Origin: Selaginella moellendorffii
Lineage: Eukaryota; Plantae; Lycopodiophyta
Assembly: GCF_000143415.4 (NCBI RefSeq)
Contig: NW_003314300.1
Span: forward strand, 453,744 to 500,242
Direction: 5' to 3'
DNA: 46,499 bases
Part shown: positions 36,698 through 46,499 of the stretch, piece after piece
Numbering within the stretch: position 1 is the stretch's first letter
Layout of the letters: each line of letters opens with the position of its first letter
Program-made: the position numbers and the translations under genes
Notes under the pieces: model-generated
The model's input: only the letters and a program-made list of their open reading frames with translations
What the model was told of the DNA's origin: nothing
The model's database searches: none

Positions 36698-39600
36698 TGT
36701 CGCGCATGTGACTTCGGGTATCGAAAGTTACCTGTCGACTAGTCCTTACGGACACTCTTACCTTACTGCCACGATGGCAGGAGGTCGGTATTGCTGGTTC
36801 CCTTTATTAGCCCCTCTTGTTCAAGTGTTAGTAAACTGGACTTTGCATCTGTACTTGGCCGGATGAGCATAAGGAAGGAATTCCTAAGTGTCTATTTAGC
36901 TGAGCATACTTGGCCCGGCTTGTTAGTTCTCTTTTGCTCTGTCTTGCACTGGCTTGACAAGAACCCTCGCGTATTGAGATTGGTCCCTCAATATCGCCGG
37001 ATGATAGCTTACCGTGTCTGCCAAACACCCTCACTATCATGCCCTTTGTGTTAGTCTCATTTCGGTCCCAAATGCTATTTATGGAAAGTGTCCAGATTTG
37101 CTCATTTGGCATATCTACGGAATGTAGAGATCGGCCTGAACACAATGGTGTTCGTCCCGTGTCCAAATTCGCAATCTAGGGACATTCCATATTTAGTAAG
37201 TTTCGAGCTTGTCCCAGAGACTAACTCCTGATACTAAGGGAGGCTTGGGGTGAAAGCCCAAAGCGTGTGTTCCTCAAGGGGGGGGGGCTATGGGGGGTTC
37301 CAAATGTATAGTAGGGATAGTGGGTAGGTCGGGCATGGCCGACCAACCTGAGGCATAGTCTAGCTCCCGCTTGCGTGCCTGTCCTTGTTCTGCGTCCGGC
37401 TTGGGTCTAAGCCCAAGTTCCATTCCATGCTAGTTGGTGGAGTACCCATATCCTCGCGTTAGGCCACCGGTATGCCGAAATAGCGCCAGACTCTGTTTGG
37501 CTCCGTTTTGCGTGCTGGTCCTGGCATTGGGATGCTGGTTGCTCTAGGACTGTTCCAAGTCGCTCCGGGCTCCTGTCCCTTCGCTCCTTGGGCTATATGC
37601 TCGGGAGTTGCTCCGTGGTCCGGTTTCATCACTCCTTGGCGTCACGCTTGGGAGTTTGGCACCGTTCCTTCGTTCAGTGGCCCAAGGCCCTGAACCTCGG
37701 GTTCCTATGGACACGTGGCATGGACACGTGGTATGTGACACGTGGCATCTGTCACGTGGCACAAAGAGGGTTTAGGTTCCGCTTCGTGGTGTTATCCTAT
37801 GGTAAATCACCATAGGATAAAGGGTCAAAACCACGTGCGCTACATTTGGTATCAGAGGATGAGTCTCAGCGAGTACTATTCAATGAGATTGGGCAACTAG
37901 TCTCGTTGCATACGCAGAGATGAAAACGATGATCCGAGTGGGTACATGTTTTGGGTGCAAAGGCTTCGCAATTGGTTCCTTGGGTATGGATATTGTTACC
38001 TTGTTGTACCTTATGATGTGAGCTTGCGCTTGGGCTCATAGGATGGTTTGGAGATGTTCCGTTTGCACGAGTTTGAGCTTGAGCTCGTGAGTGAGGCACA
38101 TTAGCAACTCGAGGTTACACTTTGAGTTGGCAGGATTAATGTTAGCCTATCGTTGGTTCCATAAGTTGTTCTAGTGGTTCCATGAGTTGTTCCATGTACC
38201 ATGGGTGAAAGCAAACCTCCCTAGGTTTGCTATGAGTGGCAAATAGGCTGGTCCGTAGCTGTTTAGCACGGCACTAGTGGATCCCTCCTAGGCATGATTA
38301 TAATTGGATCAATCAAGACCATAGGGATTAGTCTATTGGTTCAAGTAATCATGGTCGTGCTTTCTCATAAACTTTTCTTCGATTAAACTGAAGGCAGTGC
38401 GAAAGCAAGCTTGAAGTTTGGTCAAAGATGAGACCGAAAAGAGAGTCGTCGGGGATGAAGGAACAAATACGTAAATCATTTTCTCTTCTTGGAGAGATGA
38501 TCTGCAACGAGGTGTTAACTCATTGCTTGTATTCACATCATGCAATCAAGAGTCCCTATCTTGATGCATGTTGGAGATGGTGGTTTTACAATGGTGAGTT
38601 GTGGGATGGATAGCGGTGAAGCGCTAAACCATTTTGTCTAAGCTTGCTATTGGAAGACTTGGGTTGCAATGCTCAATTCTTTTTCGAGAAACCTTGCTAT
38701 TGCTCCTTGAGTAGCTTGGTGTTGGATTAGTGTTGAGTTTGGTCGGAAAGAGAGTGGCATGAGCTTGTCCGTGTTGTGAACAAAAGTTAGTGATGTTGGG
38801 TGTCGTTAACCTCTATTGGTGGAGTGTGGCATTTATGTTGCATTTGGTCGAATCGAGTTGACACTTGATACTCACATAAACATTTGTAGTAATGACATTG
38901 GCATTGCTCGTGGTGTTGCTCAATTGATGATCAAGTCATTGTGATGCTTATATCATATCCATGTGATAAAGAGTAATGTGTTTACAAAGTTGCTTGGGTA
39001 AATGATGATCAACCCCAAAGTGGTTGATGGACAAGCTAGTCTACTTACACGAAGTAGCATTGTAGTAGCTTTGATTGGATTCTCTATAGTGGTCCATTAT
39101 GCTAAGCTTAAGTAGGTACCTTGTTTCCTTAAGTTTGCCCACTAAGGTGTTGGGAAAGGGTTGTAGCATTCATTTGCTATAGCTTGTCGGTTGATCCGTT
39201 AGCACTTGGAGTAGATTGTTGGATGGAGAAGATGTGGAGTTGGGGCATTGACGTCACTAGCACTTGTGTTAGTGGAAGTGGCATTGTTATTTCAAGTGAT
39301 GAGGAATTTTCCTTGGACCTTGATTTTTCCATGTCATTTTTTCTTGTTAGTGTTTTGGCTTCACATTGGATCTTGAAGATGATTGAAGAAGAGTGTTAGT
39401 GCAATGTGGATATCCGAAGATGTGGTCTTCGTGATCAAGCCTTGGATGTTCATTTTGCACTTTGCGGATGTCGGAGTTGGATGTCAGGAAAATGGGCAAA
39501 GATGTTCGATGCTTAAGCATGCTATTGGGTCATGAGAATTTGTGTTGAGGTGAATCTATGTGAAGTTGTTGGTAGGAGGAAGTTGGTTGAGTCCTGAAAG

Positions 39601-42600
39601 TTTGCATTCCTGGACTGAGAGTCATTCTTTCTCTAGGATGGAAAATTTTCCACAAATTTTCTTAGACTTTTCCAATGGCTGATCTATTGATCACTTTGCT
39701 CGAAAACCATTCCATTTTCGAAAGCCAGTACAAACTAGTGAAGGGGTTGGAGTTGACTTCGGTTGGCTTAGATCTTCGTAGGTAGTTTGTATGATGTGAC
39801 CCGAAAGGGATGCTAACTTTTGGGGCTAAAGCAATTGAGTTGGATAGAGTCTGGAGTTGGTGTAGAAAAGTGGCCGCTGCACTTTTCTAAGAAAGGTGAC
39901 TCTTATGCCTTTCTTTTGTAGCATTATGCTCGGTGGCAGGTTGCACCTTGCATTTCGCTAAGACTCTATGAGAGTAGTGAGCTCTCACTGATCTTGACTT
40001 AGTCTTGGCAGCCCTGCACCTTGACTAAGGATGGTGATGTCCAACTTAGTTGTTTGAGGTTGAGATGTTGGTACCCGTACTATAGCTTTGTCTATGAGGA
40101 GGTTGTGTACCGATGTGAGTTCATCTCATGGTCTTCACTTTAGTTTCGACTGAGTGTTGATCATGCATAGCTAGCCTCTTCAAGGCATGCTCAGAGCTAG
40201 TGGCTAAATGTTTTAGTGAGTTTATTATGGTTGAGTTGGATTCGAGTGGTCATTTAGTTTGTGCTTGTCCATGAACTTTTATCTCATGTTTGAGGTATTA
40301 TGTTTATGCTAGATAAGTATATAACTTGATGACAAGAGTTGGTGTTTGAGTCTTGTGAACGCAAGTTGAGGAGTGATTGTTAGTTGCTTTGCGACTAGTG
40401 ATTACTTGTAGACTTCATCAAGGACCGTTGACACTTGCTTTGCTCGATGATGATTTAGCAGTGGTGGGCTTGCTTTACCGAATAGTGTTGCGGAGGATCG
40501 TGTCGTTAGACATACATGGGTTTTCCATGTTGACATGTCGACTCTACCTCTGTCGATATCATTTGGTTACATTTAGTCCGTAGTGTTGGATTTCATTGAG
40601 TCTTGGACGTGGTGAATCACTCCTTGATGATGTGTTATCTGTAACTGAGTATTGTTAGAGGATTGGTCTCGGTTACTAATTAAAGTATCTTCGACCTTGG
40701 TTAGCTTGGTTGCTGGAAAGCTCCGAGTGGTGATTCACTCTTGCTTCCTTCTAGCTTTGTCCTGGTGTTGATGGCATTGAAGTGAGGCCTTGTCATTGAT
40801 ATTGTTGATATTGAGACTTGAGTGAAATGAAATGTCTTTCCTTAGGGTTGATATTGAGTTTCATTAGTCTTAATGAATATAGTGTTGATGATTTGGCTTT
40901 AGCTTTGTGTTGTTGGCATTCATGCGTTTGCTAGTTAGCAACTATGTTGACGTTCAAATGAACTGAGTGGCAAGTTTGAGTTAGTTGTGTTCTAAACGAG
41001 ATTATTTAGTAGGGGTTGAGCTTTGAGCTTTTCCTTGAAAAGTGATTTAATCATGGACTATGCTAACTTTACAAGAAAAAGAGTTAGTGATCAATATTGG
41101 GAAGTTTGAATCCTTATTGGGTTTGAATTCGAATATATAGCAATCATTAATGATTCTTTTTGAGCTTGTTATGAAGTGAGTTACGTCTTGCTATAGATGG
41201 ATTCATGGAGGATCGTTTGATGATCACTTGTTAAGCATAGCTTCGTTATGCTTAGCTTTTGGATTGATGCAGAAATGCTCTTCATTAGCTTTGGCATTAT
41301 GAAGTTTGGCTTATGGATGTGTTGAGGAAGATATTGTGGGTTGCACCATGATTTCTTCTTTAGCATTGAAGTTAGCTTCTATGAAACTCGTGATCATTAT
41401 TAGGCAAGACTTAGTTATAGGCTTCTTCGAGCTTTTGGTTCTTGAGTTTTGTGCTCATTGTTCCATTTGTTAGAAGTTGTTGGGGAAGGCATTTTGGCTC
41501 ATTAGCTTCGATGTTGAAGTTTGTTTTTGCATCTAGCAATCATTGGTGATAATTGACTATCATCTAAGATAGTTGATTATCCTTGTCAAGGGTTTTGCTT
41601 GATTATTGTTGATATAGAATGATTTGCTGTTCTTCGGGATAGTCGATTCTTTCTTCGATGATGATTATGCATTTCTCTATTGATAGGATGATTGATGATC
41701 TTTTATGGTGGTTAGTTGTTCTCTTTGATGGCTTGTGGCTTTTCGCAATATCACATATTCTTTGTGATTTGCTCTGGATTGGTCTCTTGGGTTTGAGACA
41801 TCAGTAGGATGTTGCTGACACTTGCTTAGGCAACTTGAGTTCCTTGGTATTATTGGTTGGGATCTATTTAGATTGGCTTTTGTGATAGTTGGCAGGAATG
41901 AGTGTTTGTTGGTCTTACCGCATTCATTCTCTTCTGTTGATTGTTGCTCAAGTTAGTTTTGATAGATTTGGATGTTATTTCCTTTGGGTGATACATTCGC
42001 GAGCATTTTGCTTGTCAGTCAATGATACTTTGTGTTCTTTGAGTTATCTTTCGTAAGTTGTTTGGCATTCTATCTGCAATCTTTGATAGTTACGTTTGGT
42101 CATTAAGTTTTCTTGATGATACACTTGCTATTGAATTTTGTTGGATGGTCATTCCTATGTTTTCCAATGATAGTGATCTTGGTGGTTCTTATACTATAAT
42201 ACTAGTTTATCGGATGATAACTTATTTGGAATACATTTGTGTTCTCATCTAAGCTTTATTCACTGATAATTACATATCTAAGATATCATTGTCTATGACT
42301 TTGATATTGTCCATCTATTGATCTTTGAGTTTGGGCCAGTATAGGCAGACTGGCTTCGGCACTTCGTGTGCATGTTGAAATCTCTAGTCATGGGGTAGCT
42401 ACTGTCGACTGGTCACATAACCCGCCTCTCTGTCGATGTTCCTTGTTCCGTGAAAGGGCGTGACCGTGTAAACAACTCTAAACTGCCTGTTGACAGTAGT
42501 CTATCTAAACCTTACCGACGGGTTTGGTTTCTTTGCTTAGGAGGGTTGGGGCCTCTGGCTTCTCTCTCTATGTCCCTGCGGGCAGGGGCATATCACACTT

Positions 42601-43602
42601 TTGTAAGCTGGGTGACTCCCAGAGCAGCAAGGGTGGCTGACTCCGTTGGTCATTTCCTTGTCGGCGACGGCCGGAAGGTGTCTGAGCTGGTAGCGCATCC
42701 GCGTTAGACAAAGAGGTTGCCCCCTAACTCATTTAAGTTGGTGCATTTCTCACATAGTGTGAGTACCGTGAACTTTTTCTGGAGTTGTTTCCTTGGCGGT
42801 ATTCTAGACTCGAGTATGCATCGACGAGGACGTCGATCTTCCCAAGGGGGGGAGAGTGTCGCGCATGTGACTTCGGGTATCGAAAGTTACCTGTCGACTA
42901 GTCCTTACGGACACTCTTACCTTACTGCCACGATGGCAGGAGGTCGGTATTGCTGGTTCCCTTTATTAGCCCCTCTTGTTCAAGTGTTAGTAAACTGGAC
43001 TTTGCATCTGTACTTGGCCGGATGAGCATAAGGACGGAATTCCTAAGTGTCTATTCAGCCAAGCATACTTGGCCTGGCTTTTTAGTTCTCTTTTGCTCTG
43101 TCTTGCACTGGCTTGACAAGAACCCTCGCGTATTGAGATTGGTCCCTCAATATCGCTACATGATAGCTTACCGTGTCTGCCAAACACCCTCGCTATCATG
43201 CCCTTGGTGTTAGTCTCATTTCGGTCCCAAATGCTATTTATGGAAAGTGTCCAGATTTGCTCATTTGGCATATCTACGGAATGTAGAGATTGTCCTGAAC
43301 ACAACGGTGTTCGTCCCGTGCCCAAATTCGCAATCTAAGGACATTCCATATTTAGTAAGTTTCAAGCTTGTCCCAGAGACTAACTCCTGATACTAAGGGA
43401 GGCTTGGGGTGAAAGCCCAAAGCGTGTGTTCCTCAAGGGGGGGGGGCTGTGGGGGGTTCCAAATGTATAGTAGGGATAGTGGGTAGGTCGGGCATGGCCG
43501 ACCAACCTGAGGCATAGTCTAGCTCCCGCTTGCGTGCCTGTCCTTGTTCTGCGTCCGGCTTGGGTCTAAGCACCAAGTTCCATTCCATGCTAGCTGGTGG
43601 AG
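36698..43602 (+). mobile_element. Family C large non-autonomous LTR element (LARD-like), relatively young copy
   Basis: 5' LTR 36698-37844 (TGTCGCG...GCGCTACA), PBS TGGTATCAGAG 37847-37857, ~5 kb internal region without recognisable ORFs, PPT AAGGGGGGGAGAG ending 42856, 3' LTR from 42857 into the gap. The LTRs differ at roughly 20 of ~745 comparable bases by manual count. Confidence 0.92.
37711..37760 (+). promoter_or_regulatory. Cluster of four G-box/ABRE motifs (CACGTGG) in the C LTR
   Basis: CACGTG at 37712, 37725, 37739 and 37753 (13-14 bp period), with a fifth at 37832. Function is not shown by the sequence. Confidence 0.5.
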
Positions 43603-43702
43603 NNNNNNNNNNNNNNNNNNNNNNNNNNNNNNNNNNNNNNNNNNNNNNNNNNNNNNNNNNNNNNNNNNNNNNNNNNNNNNNNNNNNNNNNNNNNNNNNNN
43701 NN
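43603..43702. other. Assembly gap (100 N)
   Basis: N run. Confidence 1.
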
Positions 43703-45482
43703 TGCATACAGAGCTTGTGAGATACATTTAAACTTAAAGTGCGTACTCACCAGGTTCGTAGAGAAGATACTGTTTTTCTTTGGAAACTGTAATTATATGC
43801 TCCATTGAAGTCACCTCTTCAATGGAGTTTGTCACCGCAACACACGGGACACCCTTGAGTAGTGCGGCTCGAAAGAATAGTCCGCCGCAGTTGTACTCGA
43901 CAACGCATTTGCCCTTGGAGTCACCCGCTATTGCGTTGAAGACCCAGCTGAGCATTTCCCATGCTGCACCTGGAGCTTTCTTTGGATTCGAAAGCTCCAT
44001 AGCCGTCTTCAGTTCCTCAGGCACGGGTAAATTGACCTCCCTCAGATCAATTCGATCGGCTTTGTTGAACGAAGCTGGGAAGTCACTCCAGTCCCACTCT
44101 GCTGCAGGACCAATAACAAGGGCGACTGTGAAGATGCGGACATTTGTCGGTATCTTCTTCTTAGCCATTATCCCATGGATCTCCCGCATCTCCTTGCCTT
44201 TCAACCGAGCCTTCACCTCGTTCAAGGCCTTCCAGAACTTGTGATAGGATTCGGAGTCGTAGATCATATAGTGGACTGAAGATTCCACCTCCGCAAGTCC
44301 CACCATTAAGTCAATGATGGAGCTGACTTCGTCTGCATGAGTGATCTCCTCGTTTGTGAAGTCCATCACACAAAAGATGTTCTTGACCTGCTCATCTCCG
44401 CGGGAAACGATGCTCCTCCACCTTTGATCCTCATCCGAATTCACATATACCCGGTAAGGTTCTGTAAGGTGCGATGTCGGGTGTTACTGGACTTGCAAGC
44501 ATCTTCTGCTTCAGTTTCTCCACCCACTCATCAGATACTAGCCTGTGGTTGTATTTGCTTTGGATGTCGATACGCCTCACGTCGATTGTATATACTTTGT
44601 TGGAATAGTATCAAGTACTATTATCTGCGACGATTTTTGCTGCCTCTTCTTGCTCTTTCTGCTCTTTGCGGTCTCTCTTTTTGGTGGGTGTAGTGTTGAA
44701 CCCGAGGCAATGGCATCACCGAGTAGCTCTTTCAATAGCGCACGAGCTCTCAGAGTCGTGCACAAGTCCTCGTATGTCACAATATGGCCGGGAGTCATTT
44801 TGGTCTTGTTGAAGACTACCTCACCACGTAGAAGAGCATTAGCCACTGTCAGAAGGTCATCGTCGTTTAGAGACCGCGAGAAACGCAAGGTGTTGAGCTT
44901 CAAATCATTGGGCTTCCGGCCGTCCTCCACACCCATTGAGTTTAGCAACTCCCTGTCATGGTACCTCCTCAGCACATCTACCCATTTGTCAAAAACAACT
45001 TTTGTCGCGAGTAGAATGTTATGGATGCTGAGTGTGTCATTGACCCCCAGTGTTTTCGAGAGAAGACTCGAGAATTCCTGCAATGGAAATGGCGTGAGGC
45101 CACATGCTATGCCACATGCAACGAGGCTTACCTGCCAGGCGCTAGTTGCTAGTGCACGTCTTTGTCCTGGTTTTTGTGGCTTCTTTAGTTGAACCCAGAG
45201 CTTCCATGTTCGTGCCAATGTCTCGTACAGACCCGATTTGTAGCACGTTTCTTGCTTGACATTCTGCGCGTGGGAGATGTATATGATAGATCGGAGGGGC
45301 GAGTTGCCTTTTATCAGGCGGAAAACTCTTGTCTTGAAGACTTTCTTCACCTCCTCGCCCACCATAATATCCACAACTATCTCTTGCATCGCCAAGCTAG
45401 AATGCTGCCCGGAGACGGCATAGAACCGGATGTTTGCTCCAAGATTTTACAGTTTGGTGTGCATTGACCTTTCCATCGAAAC
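43703..45482 (-). pseudogene. Second copy of the same gene, 5' part: ParB/Srx-like domain and degenerate beta-class DNA methyltransferase-like domain
   Basis: ORFs 44577-45395 (preceded in frame by RFYAVSGQHSSL) and 43734-44444; 54-nt in-frame intron at 45078-45131; 43703-44219 duplicates 36180-36697. Domain calls are from motif resemblance only. Confidence 0.55.
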
Positions 45483-45672
45483 TGCAAAGGGACATCACAA
45501 TTAGATGCGAGATCACAAGAAACTAACTTCACTAACTCTGGTTTCACCAAGATCTACGTAAGGAGTTATGAAATGAAAGGACCCTCTCTATTGAAATGTG
45601 TTTATGGTCCTGACATATCAAAGGATTTTGCATCAAGTTCTGTATTTGCATGTTTATCAAGCTACTGAATTG

Positions 45673-45699
45673 CTAAACCCTAAACCCTAAACCCTAAAC
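45673..45699 (+). repeat. Short plant telomere-type repeat (TAAACCC) x ~3.7
   Basis: CTAAACCCTAAACCCTAAACCCTAAAC. Confidence 0.85.
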
Positions 45700-46499
45700 A
45701 TGTGGCAAATGTTGCGTGAAGAAAGATGCCCTTTCTGGGCAAATGCTGTAAGAGGCAAATGCCGAGCAGATGTATCTCAGGCTAGCGAAGGGGACAAACG
45801 AAAGCTAGCTATAAACATGATGGGATGCAAATAGATTACTAGGCTGGTCCTACGAAAATCAAAAACCATAATTGAAAACATTGAAAATGCAAAAAGAAAG
45901 GTTTATAATATTTTTGAATTTTAAGCAACCAAAGGAATGTAAGTAGGGCATGTGTTTGTAAGTTTAAAAATGCCTCAACCACTTAAATTCCCAAGTAAAT
46001 AAAGCTGTTTCTATTTTTGGTACAGGTAAACTTTATAGCGTGTGGGCTCATGCAATTTTGAACCCAAAAATGCACCAAAAAATGCTCGACTAGCATTATT
46101 CTTTGAATGGCGTGTGGCCTTATATTGCCATAAATGGACGTACACACACAGCATAATTATTCCTTTACACGGCGAATAATCTTGGCGCGGATCGCTGACA
46201 TGGCATGGCAAAGTTCGAATCACTGACATGGCACAGCTGGATCGAGGCAAGGACATGATGTGACAAAGTTCAACCTCCGACAGCAAAGTCTAGAAGCTAC
46301 TCAGTTTGAAATTTGTCAGAGGAATCATAAGATCTGGTTTGTCAGAGGATTTGATGTGACGTTCAAGCGTGTGTTATTTTTGAATTCTGGAACTCATTCC
46401 TAGGTCTATCATTTTTGTGCGCCGTGTTCTTGGTTTCGCTGAGCACAGTGAGCGCTGCTTGTGTAAGCGGCGTTGTGGGCTGTGGTTTATGCGTCTATG

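Noticed and set aside
37220-37265. Hammerhead or twister ribozyme (retrozyme) in the C/D LTRs around CTGATAC...GGGTGAAAGCCC
   Set aside because: No CTGATGA core with the required stems, and no twister pseudoknot could be built by eye.

Overview
Eukaryotic, repeat-dense plant DNA with three N gaps. The Tcn1-like chromovirus, Cassandra elements and ~50-nt introns point to a non-seed land plant (lycophyte, fern or bryophyte), but the species cannot be determined. Bases 1-32977 and 36698-43602 are a stack of nested LTR retroelements: (A) a decayed autonomous chromovirus at 1-12350, carrying (B) a complete Tcn1/Tf1-type chromovirus with a self-priming PBS, two Cassandra 5S-rRNA TRIM insertions and a second TRIM family; and two large non-coding (LARD-like) families, C and D, in several copies. 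Bases 33407-45480 hold a minus-strand multi-exon gene, present as two diverged partial copies. Its exons splice in frame into a ParB-like / degenerate DNA-methyltransferase-like / acidic / FCP1-like phosphatase protein, and it is studded with a fixed-spacing 22-bp palindrome. The most striking observations are two spliceosomal-type introns inside the integrase of element A, the ParB-MTase-phosphatase gene with its palindromes, and termini/PPT sharing that links Cassandra to element A. All calls come from reading the sequence by eye; no searches were run.
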